Assembly: GCA_964474895.1 (NCBI GenBank)
Contig: CAYYUK010000003.1
Location: 1-57,675 of the forward strand
Source: Candidatus Woesearchaeota archaeon
GTDB taxonomy: Archaea; Nanobdellota; Nanobdellia; SCGC-AAA011-G17; PNOQ01
DNA: 57,675 nt
Direction: 5' to 3'
Both the position numbers and the translations under genes were made by a program. The stretch's first letter is position 1, and every line of letters begins with the position of its first letter. The notes below the pieces were generated by a model that had not been told where the DNA came from, searched no databases, and saw only the letters and a list, made by a program, of their open reading frames with translations. This document shows, piece after piece, positions 39,179-49,715 of the stretch.

Positions 39179-40181
39179 TATCAACTTCTATTCAAGAGGA
39201 AGGATATTCTACAAGGGATTAAAATCAAACAGTATAAACACTTCAATATATTTGCCAAAAGGAAAATTAAAATACCTAAAATTAATAAAAAGAATTCTAA
39301 AAAGAGACTTCGACAAAATCATAGTCACTGGAAAATTTGTACTAATCACAAGCTGGTTAACAAAACCAATTCATAGGAAAAAAATAATCTTCGACGTATT
39401 CATTTCAGATTATGAAAATCTTGTACTAGACAGAAAAAAGGTAAAGAAAAACACCATAAAAGCAAAATTGCTAAAAATGGGAGATAAAGTATCATGTCTA
39501 CTATCAAACCACAACATATTAGATACAAATGAACACATAGCATACTTCTGTAAAGAATTTAAATTAAAGAAATCAAAGTTTAGCAAAGTATACGTTGGCG
39601 CAGACGACGAAATATTTAAACCATCTAAAATACCTAGCAACAAAGAAATAGAATTTCATGGAACATTTATACCCCTTCAAGGAATTGAGCACATAATAAG
39701 GGCTGCAAAAGAATTAGAAAAAGAAAAAATTAAATTCAAAATAATTGGAGAAGGAGACGAAAGCAAAAAAATACAAAAAGAAGCAGAAAAACTTAACATA
39801 AAAAACATAGAATTCATAAATAAAAATGTAAGTCTAACAGAACTTGCAAAAGAGATTCAAAAAAGCGAAATCTGTCTAGGGGTATTTGGAGATTCACAAA
39901 AAGCAAAAAACGTCATCCCAAACAAAGCATATGAAATAATAGCATCAAAAAAACCGTTAATAACAAGTGACACTCCTGGAATAAGAGAAGTATTCGAAGA
40001 TAAAAAAAATTGCCTCCTATGTAAACCTTATGATCATATAGATTTGGCTAAAAAGATAACTAAACTAAAAAACAATAAAAAACTAAAAGATAAAATATCG
40101 AACAATGGATATAAATTATTCAAAGAAAGATTTTCGATACAAAAAACTGGAGAAGCCCTACTAAAAGTTATAAATTCATAA
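39150..40181 (+). CDS. GT4-like glycosyltransferase
   Basis: IFDVFISDYE, FHGTFIPLQG, CLGVFG..KAKNVIPNKAYE. Confidence 0.85.
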   Translation: MKILMLGVYDINFYSRGRIFYKGLKSNSINTSIYLPKGKLKYLKLIKRILKRDFDKIIVTGKFVLITSWLTKPIHRKKIIFDVFISDYENLVLDRKKVKKNTIKAKLLKMGDKVSCLLSNHNILDTNEHIAYFCKEFKLKKSKFSKVYVGADDEIFKPSKIPSNKEIEFHGTFIPLQGIEHIIRAAKELEKEKIKFKIIGEGDESKKIQKEAEKLNIKNIEFINKNVSLTELAKEIQKSEICLGVFGDSQKAKNVIPNKAYEIIASKKPLITSDTPGIREVFEDKKNCLLCKPYDHIDLAKKITKLKNNKKLKDKISNNGYKLFKERFSIQKTGEALLKVINS

Positions 40182-41127
40182 TTTTCAACATAGTCTTAAT
40201 TCTATCAACAACTTTGTGTTCTTCTAAAACTCTCTGATATCCAGCTTCAGAGATTCTATCTCTCTTTTCAGGTTGTTCCAAATAAAATCTTAATTTCTCT
40301 TTTAAATCATCAAGATCAGAATAACAAACAATTTCTTTATTTATTTTAAACAAATTGGGCAACTCAGATTTATAATCCACAAGTTGAAAGCTTTTAGTAG
40401 CTGGAAGCTCAAACGTCCTAAGATTAAGGCTTTCTTTCCCATGTAAAGCTTGCAGATTTAAATTGATTTTACTAGAATTAAAAAGCTTTGCAGCACTAAC
40501 GCCTGACAAATATTCTCTTTTCAGATTTTTAACAAGACCTCTTTTATTCTTCCAATTATGACCAAAAACTTGAACATTAAAATCTCCTAATTTTTCCATC
40601 AAATCTTCCCTTTCTGGCTCATAAGAACCCAAAAAAGAAATTTCATAAGGATATTTTCTTTCATTAAAAGGAATAATTGGTTTATGGGCGTCCTCGGGGT
40701 CTGCAGCTGCAGGTAAATAAAAAGAATTTGCACTTATTTCTCTTAACTTTTTCAAATAATAGGGATCAAAAACAAAAAAGAAATCATATTCTGAAATATT
40801 TTTTATCCTATTATAACTATAAAAATCACCAAAGGGACTATCTAATGTCCAATCTGCAGTTTTCACACCTGCAGAAGAAATTTCTTTTATAATTCCTTTT
40901 GGAATAATCTCTCCCTTTATGACTAAAAGTAAATCTGGATTAAACTTCAAAACTTCCTTTTTCAAAGAATTGCTCACCAGAGTTCTAGCAACGGGAAGTC
41001 TTCCAAATTTAGAAGCTCTGTAATTAAAAAATCCAACCTCATGACCAAGAGCTTCAAATGCTTTCTTACACTGATAATAAAAACTAGGGTATTCTGCGTC
41101 TCCCGGACCAGTCAAAAAAACTCTCAT
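40168..41127 (-). CDS. CgeB-like glycosyltransferase (Glyco_trans_1_2)
   Basis: WTLDSP, SFYLPAAADP, ISFLGS, SKINLN, NLRTFELPA, CYSDLDDLKEKL. Confidence 0.82.
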   Translation of the reverse strand: MRVFLTGPGDAEYPSFYYQCKKAFEALGHEVGFFNYRASKFGRLPVARTLVSNSLKKEVLKFNPDLLLVIKGEIIPKGIIKEISSAGVKTADWTLDSPFGDFYSYNRIKNISEYDFFFVFDPYYLKKLREISANSFYLPAAADPEDAHKPIIPFNERKYPYEISFLGSYEPEREDLMEKLGDFNVQVFGHNWKNKRGLVKNLKREYLSGVSAAKLFNSSKINLNLQALHGKESLNLRTFELPATKSFQLVDYKSELPNLFKINKEIVCYSDLDDLKEKLRFYLEQPEKRDRISEAGYQRVLEEHKVVDRIKTMLKIMNL

Positions 41128-41177
41128 ATAGGGAAAAAATTAAAAATCTTTTTAAGTATTATGAAACACCAAAAAAC

Positions 41178-42107
41178 ATGCTAACTTTCGAAAAACTAGA
41201 TAAGAACAACAAAGAAGAATGGAATAATTTTGTAGACAAAACACCTAACGGAAGATTTGAGCATAAAACCGACTTTATAGATTTTTTAGAAAAAAACAAA
41301 GGAAATTTAGAAAGTTTTCTAATAAAAGAAAATAATAAACTAATAGCAACTATCTCATTATTCAAAGAAAATATTTTTCTATTCAAAAGATACTCTTCAC
41401 AAGGAATTGTAACCAAAGAAAATATAAATGTAAGAAAAATTATAAAAGAGCTAATAAAGAAAACAGGTAAAGCAACATATATAAGAATAAATAAATTAAA
41501 TGCAAAAGTGAAGAAAACAGTTCCAGAAACTTTCATACTAAACATAAAAGACAAAACAATAAAAGAAATATTTAACAAAGAATTAGAATCAAGAGCAAGA
41601 AGAGCAATAAAAAAAGCAGAAAGAAACAATTTAAAACTAAAAATATCAAACTCAAAAGAAGAGTTAAAAAAATTCTATCCAATTTATCAAAATAAAATGA
41701 AAGAATTCAAAAGTAAGGAAAGTTCTTTAGATTCGTTAAAAAAACTAATGAAAAACAAAAACTACAGTTTGTTTAACGTTTATTCAAAAGACAAGGTAAT
41801 TGCAGGTGGGACAATGATGATTTACAAAAACATGATAACAAACCATTTAGCAGCATCTGACAAAAACTATTTAGAATTTGCACCAAACAACTTTCTTTAT
41901 TACAACATGATTAAATTCGCAAAAGAAAAAAATTTAGAAATTGTAAATTACGGTCCATCATTAAAAACAGATAGGGTCGCAAAGTTTAAAGAATCTATGG
42001 GTGGAAAACCAATCGGATTTGAAGAACACATAATCCTAAACAAACTACCATATTCACTATTCAAGTTATTATCTTACATCTTACTAAAAATAAAAAAAAT
42101 TATTTAA
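41178..42107 (+). CDS. FemAB/FemX-like GNAT protein
   Basis: WNNFV...FEH, RRAIKKAE..L, FAPNNFLYYNMIKFA..G-like, FKESMGG. Confidence 0.82.
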   Translation: MLTFEKLDKNNKEEWNNFVDKTPNGRFEHKTDFIDFLEKNKGNLESFLIKENNKLIATISLFKENIFLFKRYSSQGIVTKENINVRKIIKELIKKTGKATYIRINKLNAKVKKTVPETFILNIKDKTIKEIFNKELESRARRAIKKAERNNLKLKISNSKEELKKFYPIYQNKMKEFKSKESSLDSLKKLMKNKNYSLFNVYSKDKVIAGGTMMIYKNMITNHLAASDKNYLEFAPNNFLYYNMIKFAKEKNLEIVNYGPSLKTDRVAKFKESMGGKPIGFEEHIILNKLPYSLFKLLSYILLKIKKII

Positions 42108-42798
42108 CTTTTCTAAGCTTCAAAATTAAAACCCTCGCCAAGAAAGGTTTCAAAACCCTACCGATTGTTTTCTCAAATAAAAATTTAGATTTATTAGACT
42201 TCAAAAAAGGAGGATACGTATAAAAAGATTTGATTTCTTCTATCTTAAGACCGGCTTCCTTTTCTAAATAATTTCTCAACCCAAATATTCCAAAGTAATA
42301 CTGATCTGTATCTTTCTTACTCAGATATCTAAACAATCTTTTAAATAAATTGCCAGAAAAAAGATAATACATGTTGTAAAATCGCAAATAATCTAAAATT
42401 AAAATACCTCCTGGTTTAACGACTCTCTTAACTTCCCCTATTGCCCCTGGAAGTGTTGCAGCAGAGGTATAACCTGTACTAAGAACAATATCATAAGATT
42501 CATCCCCATAACTCATATTCAAAACATCTTGCTTTTCAACAACAACATCTGTACCAGAAAGTTTCTCCTTAGTCTTAGAAATTGCTTCATCTTCCATATC
42601 AATAGCTGTGATCTTAAGATTAGTCTTATCACTCAATATTTTTGTAAAACCACCATATCCACAACCAATATCAAGTAACTTAGACGCACTTTCAGAATTA
42701 ATCCAATCCAAAACTATCCTGCCTGTAAGAAAATATACTAAATTCTTATCTTCATTGTACCAAGTCTTGCTAAACCAATCTGCTTTTCCGTTTTTCAT
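42100..42798 (-). CDS. Class I SAM-dependent methyltransferase
   Basis: LLDIGCGYG, AIDM, YDIVLS, VVKPGG. Start set at ATG 42798 behind AGGAGGT. Confidence 0.88.
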   Translation of the reverse strand: MKNGKADWFSKTWYNEDKNLVYFLTGRIVLDWINSESASKLLDIGCGYGGFTKILSDKTNLKITAIDMEDEAISKTKEKLSGTDVVVEKQDVLNMSYGDESYDIVLSTGYTSAATLPGAIGEVKRVVKPGGILILDYLRFYNMYYLFSGNLFKRLFRYLSKKDTDQYYFGIFGLRNYLEKEAGLKIEEIKSFYTYPPFLKSNKSKFLFEKTIGRVLKPFLARVLILKLRKVK

Positions 42799-43858
42799 TA
42801 AGCAAAACCTCCTTAACAGGAATTCTAAACAATCTACAGTATAATACAAAAAGAAAATTTAATCCATTTAAAATCTTCTTTAGAAAACTTCCACTTATTA
42901 TTCCAGAATCCTGAAACTTCCCGCTCATATGATTAAGAATATACTTATCATCCTCTTTTCTCCCTTTTTGCAAAATTCTCCTCCTCTCTCTAATTTTATC
43001 AAAATTTTTAATCAGCCAAGAATAAGATTTAATTTTTGACCCCATTTGTTTAGGAAAATAAAAAAAGTAGAAAACCTGAGAAACAAAGATTAATGGAAGA
43101 AGTTTAAACAAAGTTTTCTTCTCAAAAAACAAAAACAAACTCATGAGTCTATTTTTGGTTGCATGAAATGCAGATAAAGAAGTTTTAGTTCTTTGGAAAG
43201 TATTCTGACTCAAATGTGTATATGGAGCATCCAGCACTTTCATACACTTCCCACCCCTTAGATAAACAAGCAAACCAAGATAAATTTCTTCTCCGCCAAA
43301 AAAGTAATCTGCAAAAAATGGTTCAGACATAATAAAATCCTTATCATACATACAACCGGATCCGGTTAGAGCAACAGACTCTCTAAGCGCTTTACCTATG
43401 AGTGACTTATCAAAATAAGGAGCATCAAAAGCAACAGTGGTCAAAGTAGTGTTTCTTCCAGGATAACCCTCTAAAAAATCAGAAAAAGATCCATTAACAC
43501 CATAAACATTTTCATTGGTTTCCATAACCTCAATCAGCCGACCAATATACTCTTTAGGGATAACTGTATCATTATCAAAAAAAGCTACGTACTTAGATTC
43601 CTCTGAAGAATTCCTAAATCCAATATTACGACCTTCGGCAGAACCAACATTTTCTTCATTAAAAATCAATTTAATTTTCTCGTTCTTAGTATAGTTTCTT
43701 TTCAAAGAGCTAATAGCCTCTGGCTCAGAACCTTGATCAACAAGCACAATTTCAAAATTAGGATAATCAGTTATTAAAACGCTATTTATACAATTCAACG
43801 TCATGTCTAAGTTATTCCAACTTAAAACAACAACCGAAACTTTTGGAAACTCACTCAT
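42770..43858 (-). CDS. GT2 family glycosyltransferase
   Basis: VSVVVLSWN, LVDQGS, ENVGSAEGRN, FFDND, FFGGEEIYL. Confidence 0.9.
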   Translation of the reverse strand: MSEFPKVSVVVLSWNNLDMTLNCINSVLITDYPNFEIVLVDQGSEPEAISSLKRNYTKNEKIKLIFNEENVGSAEGRNIGFRNSSEESKYVAFFDNDTVIPKEYIGRLIEVMETNENVYGVNGSFSDFLEGYPGRNTTLTTVAFDAPYFDKSLIGKALRESVALTGSGCMYDKDFIMSEPFFADYFFGGEEIYLGLLVYLRGGKCMKVLDAPYTHLSQNTFQRTKTSLSAFHATKNRLMSLFLFFEKKTLFKLLPLIFVSQVFYFFYFPKQMGSKIKSYSWLIKNFDKIRERRRILQKGRKEDDKYILNHMSGKFQDSGIISGSFLKKILNGLNFLFVLYCRLFRIPVKEVLLNEKRKSRLV

Positions 43859-44693
43859 TTTTTACAAGTCCTTGATAATCTTTAAGTGATAAAAACTGTA
43901 CTTTAAAACTTTCTTCTAATTTATTAAAATATTGAGTAACAAGTTTAATATCATTTCTAGATTCAAAATCCCAATTATGACACATAAAATTAAGCAATGG
44001 AACTTTATTTTCGGGCCAGCTTTGAGCTATTTTCTTTGACAAATTAAAAAACCTATCAACCCCCCTAGATTTAAGATTACTAAACATCAAAGAATCATAC
44101 TTAAGATAAGGAACCACTCTTTTGAACTTTAAATTTGGCTTAAAATATCTGGAAACTGGAATCTCGAGTATCTTTTTTTCTTCATTTGGCAAAAAATTGG
44201 GATTATGTGGGTTTTCAGAAGAATCCACTTTATATCCTTGCTCAAACAAAACAGACTTCAGCCCACTTCCAATAGAAAATTTGGGGCATCTAAATGAAAT
44301 TGGTCTAACATTCAAAATATCCTTAATCAATTCGGTAGATTTCTTAACATTCTCAAATCTACTTCCTGCTTTTTCTTTATTAGATATCCACCAATCATCC
44401 CCCAATGCTAAATGGCCAAATCCATGTGATCCAACTTCATGTTTATCCAAACCAAATGATTTATTCTTCAAAAGAGAAGTCTCAACAAAAAAAGTGCCCT
44501 TGCCATAATCTTTCAAAAAATCCAAAATAGAATTCAACTGTTTAACTTCAAAATTTCCTTTTGTATCTCTTTCGAGATCAAGAGTAAATGAAAATAGTAT
44601 TTTATCAACATCTCTAAGAGTTCTATTTTTAAACAAATCAAAAAAATAAACAGGATTTCTCCTATCTTTTAATAACTTAATCGCTTCTATCAA
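43851..44693 (-). CDS. Polysaccharide deacetylase (NodB/CE4-like)
   Basis: FTLDLE, HEVGSHGFGH, ISFRCP, VDSS, LEIPVS, FMCHNWDF. Confidence 0.85.
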   Translation of the reverse strand: MIEAIKLLKDRRNPVYFFDLFKNRTLRDVDKILFSFTLDLERDTKGNFEVKQLNSILDFLKDYGKGTFFVETSLLKNKSFGLDKHEVGSHGFGHLALGDDWWISNKEKAGSRFENVKKSTELIKDILNVRPISFRCPKFSIGSGLKSVLFEQGYKVDSSENPHNPNFLPNEEKKILEIPVSRYFKPNLKFKRVVPYLKYDSLMFSNLKSRGVDRFFNLSKKIAQSWPENKVPLLNFMCHNWDFESRNDIKLVTQYFNKLEESFKVQFLSLKDYQGLVKNE

Positions 44694-45753
44694 TTTCTTC
44701 TCTCACTACATCTTTAAACTTACTAATAAATACTTCTTTGGAAAATAATTTTGCCCTTCTTTCACAAGGGTCCTTCATAGAAATGGCCTTATCCTTATCC
44801 AATGTATTAACTGCTCCAATAATCTCAGATTTTGTTGGGTTAATCAGCAACCCCGTTTTACCACCAATAATTGATTCTGCAAAGCCTTTATCTCCTGAAG
44901 CAATCATCGGTTTTCCAGAAGCCATGCTCTCTATTGCAATCATTCCAAAATCTTCAAAATACGATGCTGCAACCGAAGCTATGCAAGTTCCATAAAGGCT
45001 AATCAACTTCTCATCTGAGACCCAACCAAGAACACTAATATTATTTGAGCCTTCTGCCAATTCCTTAATTTTATCTAAATCTGAACCACCACTAGCAACA
45101 ACCAGCTTTTTATCTGGCATACTTTTAAATGCCTCAACAATGGCATCAACTCTTTTGTCAGGAGTAAGTCTGGCTGGAGAAAAATAAAAATCATCTGAAG
45201 AAACATAATTAAACTTATCCAAATCAACAAAAGGATGTATCACTGTGGCATCTCTACCATAAATACTTCTAACTCTTCCAGCAACATTTCTAGAATTTGT
45301 AACAATTTTAGAAACAAATCCAACGTTCTTTCTATCATTCATTTTTAGAAAAGGAATGGCGAGTCTAACAAGCACTCTCTTGAAAAAGTTTATGTGTGCT
45401 AAGTCTTCTTTAGTAGTACTATATAACCAAATTGTAGGAGAATGACAGTACCACAAGCTCTTTTTGTTACGTCTAGCGGCAGAAAGAGAAGCACCCCCAT
45501 GCATTATAATTAGATCATAATTAAGCTTTAATTTGCCAAACTTATAACGATTAATAAGAGACCATACTCTTCGTGGAAGATTTTGATTGTTTATAACCTT
45601 AATATCGAAATCTGAAAACTCTTCAAAAGTAGTTTCTGGAGAGTATTTACCAGTGTAAATATCTGCACCATACATCTCTGCTTGAAGAAGAACAACTCTT
45701 TCAATTCCACCTTTGTTTTCCAAAGCATCAACCAAAATTGCAACCTTTGCCAT
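44677..45753 (-). CDS. GT4 family glycosyltransferase (WbaZ-like)
   Basis: KGGIERV, LWYCHSP, ARLTPDKRVD, EDFGMIAIESMASGKP. Confidence 0.9.
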   Translation of the reverse strand: MAKVAILVDALENKGGIERVVLLQAEMYGADIYTGKYSPETTFEEFSDFDIKVINNQNLPRRVWSLINRYKFGKLKLNYDLIIMHGGASLSAARRNKKSLWYCHSPTIWLYSTTKEDLAHINFFKRVLVRLAIPFLKMNDRKNVGFVSKIVTNSRNVAGRVRSIYGRDATVIHPFVDLDKFNYVSSDDFYFSPARLTPDKRVDAIVEAFKSMPDKKLVVASGGSDLDKIKELAEGSNNISVLGWVSDEKLISLYGTCIASVAASYFEDFGMIAIESMASGKPMIASGDKGFAESIIGGKTGLLINPTKSEIIGAVNTLDKDKAISMKDPCERRAKLFSKEVFISKFKDVVREEIDRSD

Positions 45754-45805
45754 TAAAAAAATCAGCTACACAACCTATTTAAATTTAGCTTAATTGAGAT
45801 TCATA

Positions 45806-47038
45806 ATGAAAATACTCTATATCTCACGAAATTTCTACCCTGAAGGGTTCGGAGGGGGAGAAATAAGTGCTTTACACATAGCAAAAGCAGTAACAGAAAG
45901 AGAAAATGAAGTAGTAGTTTGCTGTTTATCTAAAAAAATAGACAATCCAAAATTAGAGAAAATTGAAAACATAAAAGTATACAGATTCCCCTGGAGAAAA
46001 CTAAAGTTTTCAAAAAAATTATCTAACCTCGAGTATGCATATTGGCAAATATACAAAGCGGCAAAAGAAGTAATAAAAAAAGAAAAACCAGATATTATTC
46101 ATTTTCTCAACTTCCAAGCAATATTCCCTCTTGCATTATTTTTCAAAAAATATCCAAAGTTTGCAACAATAAATGGCCCACTTTTTTGTGAATTTGGTGG
46201 GTCTCATCCAGATGGAAACTCTTGTTATAACTGCAAGCCTAAAGAAAGGTTAACAATTTCCTTAAAAAAATGGGGATTAAAAGGTATTTTATACTGGACA
46301 TATAACAGATACTCTCAACCACTTCTAAAACTAAGCTTAAAAAAATGTACAAAGTTATTTCCAGTAAGTAACGCAATCCAAACAATGTTAATTTCTGGTG
46401 GAATAAAAAAAGAAAAAACAACAGTAATCTATAATCCAATAAAACCAAATAACAAGATAAAAACTAACTTAAAAGAAAAATTAAACATATCTGAAAAAAC
46501 AAATGTTATTTTATACGCGGGCAGATTATCAAAAGATAAAGGGATACACAACACAATAAAAGCAATAAGAGATATTGATAATATTAGATTAATAATAGTT
46601 GGAGAAAAAAGAAATTATTACGAAAACTTAAAAAAACTAGTAGAAGATTTAAATTTAAAAGAAAAAGTAACCTTTATTGGATTCATAGAAAACAGCAAAA
46701 TAAACGAATATTTCTCAATTGCAGACTTGGTTGTGCACCCTTGCTTCTTCTATGAACCATTATCTAGGATGTTATTGGAAGCTGCCAGTTATGGATTACC
46801 ATTAATAGCATCAAACGCAGGAGGAAATCCAGAAATAATTGAAAATAGAAAGAACGGATTCATAATAAACAACCAAACTGAATTAAAAGAAAAAATAGTA
46901 GAACTAATAGAAAACAAGAGTTTAAAAGAAAAAATGGGACAAAACTCAAAAAGAATAATAGAAGAAAAGTTTGAAAATAAAAAGATAGGAAATCTATTAA
47001 CAGAAGAATACAAAAGATATTTAAACAAAAGATCTTAA
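45806..47038 (+). CDS. GT4 family glycosyltransferase
   Basis: FYPEGFGGGE, YAGRLSKDKG, EPLSRMLLEAASYG. ATG 45806 preferred over TTG 45794. Confidence 0.9.
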   Translation: MKILYISRNFYPEGFGGGEISALHIAKAVTERENEVVVCCLSKKIDNPKLEKIENIKVYRFPWRKLKFSKKLSNLEYAYWQIYKAAKEVIKKEKPDIIHFLNFQAIFPLALFFKKYPKFATINGPLFCEFGGSHPDGNSCYNCKPKERLTISLKKWGLKGILYWTYNRYSQPLLKLSLKKCTKLFPVSNAIQTMLISGGIKKEKTTVIYNPIKPNNKIKTNLKEKLNISEKTNVILYAGRLSKDKGIHNTIKAIRDIDNIRLIIVGEKRNYYENLKKLVEDLNLKEKVTFIGFIENSKINEYFSIADLVVHPCFFYEPLSRMLLEAASYGLPLIASNAGGNPEIIENRKNGFIINNQTELKEKIVELIENKSLKEKMGQNSKRIIEEKFENKKIGNLLTEEYKRYLNKRS

Positions 47039-47047
47039 GCGATTTCC

Positions 47048-48235
47048 ATGAAACATATAGTATTCTTAACAAGATATCACCCAACACCAGGGGGGAGAAC
47101 TGGATTCACAAAAGATATAATAAAAAATCTTGGTGATGACTATAATTTTAGTGTAATTTGCTTTAGAAGAAAAGATTTAATCTCAGAAAAAATCTCTTTT
47201 GATCCATCAAAAGAAGCTTCAATTAAAACATTAGAAATAAAAAAGAAATTCAAAAGTGATACTTTGAATCTAATCAGTTACCACATAAAATCCTACAAGA
47301 TTCTAAAAAAATTAAAAGATAAAAAAGAACTGGATATTATTATTGGAACGGGACTATCTGGACTTGGAGGGATAATCTTTGGGAAACTAAACAAAATACC
47401 AGCTATATTCAATACTTCTGGAATAAGAGGAAGAAACATAAATGAACACATAGACTATGAAATAAAAAATAAAGAAGAAAAAGAAATAGGAAAGCCAAAA
47501 CTAAAAAATTATCCAAGATTCCTATACAATTATCTAACAGATAGATTAAGTATCTTATTATCAACAAAAACAACAATTCCAACAGGTCATTTAGAAGAAC
47601 AACTAGAAAAGAACAAACCAAAATTATACAAAAAAACAAAAAGTAAGTTTAAAGTAATAATAGAAGGTCTAAACACAAATAGGGTAGACAATCTAAAGAA
47701 AGAAGACATATTAAAGGAATACAACATCCCAGAGGGCAAAATAATATTATTCTCTAGAATAGAAAACGAAGAATTCTTCCAAGAACTATTTAAAGAAATT
47801 AAAAAAGAAATCCCCGATTCTACAGTAATAAGCATAGATGCACAAAGAATGACTATGCGGCTAGAAAAAGAAGGAAAATTAGAACTTACGGATATGGGCC
47901 CAATAAAAGCAATGATAGCTAGCGATCTAATGCTTTGCATCCCTGGTACTGAACCACATAGTACCCTAGTTTTAGAATCCCTTTACACGAATTGCCCAAC
48001 ATTTGTATCTAATGTAGGATGGTTAAAATATGAATTTAAAGATTACCCTGAGTTTATAGTTAAAAATCTTACAAAACAAGAAACAATTTTCAAAATCAAA
48101 GATTTCTATAAAAACAGAGAATCATATTCTGAAAAATTTTCAAAAATAAAGCAAGAAATATTGGACAGAAATAGCTTCGAAAGAACAAAAAAAGACTACA
48201 AAGACTTATTCGACAACATATCTTCCATAAGATAG
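47048..48235 (+). CDS. Divergent GT-B (GT4-like) protein immediately upstream of pepM
   Basis: N-terminal YHPTPGG; C-terminal SDLMLCIPGTEPHSTLVLESL resembles the E-x7-E motif, but the rest is degenerate. Confidence 0.65.
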   Translation: MKHIVFLTRYHPTPGGRTGFTKDIIKNLGDDYNFSVICFRRKDLISEKISFDPSKEASIKTLEIKKKFKSDTLNLISYHIKSYKILKKLKDKKELDIIIGTGLSGLGGIIFGKLNKIPAIFNTSGIRGRNINEHIDYEIKNKEEKEIGKPKLKNYPRFLYNYLTDRLSILLSTKTTIPTGHLEEQLEKNKPKLYKKTKSKFKVIIEGLNTNRVDNLKKEDILKEYNIPEGKIILFSRIENEEFFQELFKEIKKEIPDSTVISIDAQRMTMRLEKEGKLELTDMGPIKAMIASDLMLCIPGTEPHSTLVLESLYTNCPTFVSNVGWLKYEFKDYPEFIVKNLTKQETIFKIKDFYKNRESYSEKFSKIKQEILDRNSFERTKKDYKDLFDNISSIR

Positions 48236-48292
48236 CTTCGCAAAATATTTAAACCATCACAGTAGACATAATTTACTAAAAAGGTGACAAGG

Positions 48293-49657
48293 ATGGAAAC
48301 TGAAACTAATTCTAATAAAAAAGTTGTATATGTCGCAATGGCATCAGACTTGTTACATCATGGCCATATGAAAATAATTGAAGAAGCAAGAAAACTTGGA
48401 GATATAACTCTTGGGTTATTAACTGATAAAGCAATCGCAGGATATAAGAGAGTTCCATTGTTAAATTTTGAACAAAGAAAAAAAATAGTGGAAAATTTAA
48501 AAGGAGTATCTCAAGTTATACCTCAAGAAACCCTTGATTATATTCCGAATCTATTAAAATTAAAACCAGATTTCGTTGTACATGGAACTGATTGGAAAAC
48601 TGGAGTACAAAAACAAACTAGAGAAAAAGTTATAGAAGCACTAAAACAATGGGGGGGAACTCTAATTGAACCAGAAGTTATTCCTGTTTCTAATAGTACA
48701 CTTATAGAAACTGGTGGAGATGGAAAAATGTCTTCAACTCATTTAATAGATTCTGTTTTAGAAGCAGGCGCCGCTCCAGAAGTAAGAAGAAAAAAACTAA
48801 AAAGAGCTATAGAACTAAGACCAATTGTTAGAATATTAGAAGCACATAATGGGCTAACCGGAAGGATAGTTGAAAAAACAAAAATAGCGAAAGATGGAGC
48901 AATAAAAGAATTCGATGGTATTTGGATTAGTAGTCTAACAGATTCTACAGCAAAAGGCAAACCAGATACTGCTGCAGTAGATGTAACTTCTAGAGTAAAT
49001 ACAATTGAACAAATATTAGAAGTAACATCAAAATCAATAATAGTAGACGGAGATAACGGGGGAATAGTAGAACATTTTAGGTTTACAGTAAAAACTTTGG
49101 AAAGATTGGGTGTTTCTGCAATAATAATTGAAGACAAAATAGGACCAAAGAGAAATTCATTATTTGGAACTGAAGTAGAACAAAAACAAGATAGTATAGA
49201 AGAATTTAGTCATAAAATTTCTGAAGGAAAAAAAGCACAATTAACAGATGATTTCATGATAATCGCTAGGATAGAAAGCCTGATTGCCGGGGCTGGATTA
49301 GATGACGCCCTAAAAAGAGCAAGTGCATACATTGAATCTGGAGCAGACGCTATAATGATCCATAGTAAGTCCAAAACACCAGATGAAATATTAGAATTTT
49401 GTAAAGAATACAACAAATTTGAAAACAGAATTCCACTAGTAGTGGTCCCTTCATCATATAGCCATATAACTGAAGACGAATTAATAAATAATGGAGTAAA
49501 TATCGTAATATATGCAAATCACTTACTAAGAAGCGCACATCCATCAATGGTAAAAACAGCAGAATCAATTCTAAAACATAGCAGGTGTCACGAAGCAAGT
49601 TTAGAACATTGCATGCCGATTAAAGATATCTTAAACCTGATCCCCGGAAGTAAATAA
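48293..49657 (+). CDS. pepM: Cytidylyltransferase - phosphoenolpyruvate mutase fusion
   Basis: N-domain DLLHHGH (HxGH), VVHGTDW, SST. PepM domain EAHNGL, WISSL, KPD, DGDNG, the signature [10 protein letters not shown] (EDKxxxxxNS), ARIES, IYANH. ATG 48293 lies behind GGTGA. Confidence 0.96.
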   Translation: METETNSNKKVVYVAMASDLLHHGHMKIIEEARKLGDITLGLLTDKAIAGYKRVPLLNFEQRKKIVENLKGVSQVIPQETLDYIPNLLKLKPDFVVHGTDWKTGVQKQTREKVIEALKQWGGTLIEPEVIPVSNSTLIETGGDGKMSSTHLIDSVLEAGAAPEVRRKKLKRAIELRPIVRILEAHNGLTGRIVEKTKIAKDGAIKEFDGIWISSLTDSTAKGKPDTAAVDVTSRVNTIEQILEVTSKSIIVDGDNGGIVEHFRFTVKTLERLGVSAIIIEDKIGPKRNSLFGTEVEQKQDSIEEFSHKISEGKKAQLTDDFMIIARIESLIAGAGLDDALKRASAYIESGADAIMIHSKSKTPDEILEFCKEYNKFENRIPLVVVPSSYSHITEDELINNGVNIVIYANHLLRSAHPSMVKTAESILKHSRCHEASLEHCMPIKDILNLIPGSK

Positions 49658-49715
49658 ATAATAATTTCTAAAAATTCATAAGTCTTATAAAATAATCAAG
49701 CCTCTCGAAAAGATA

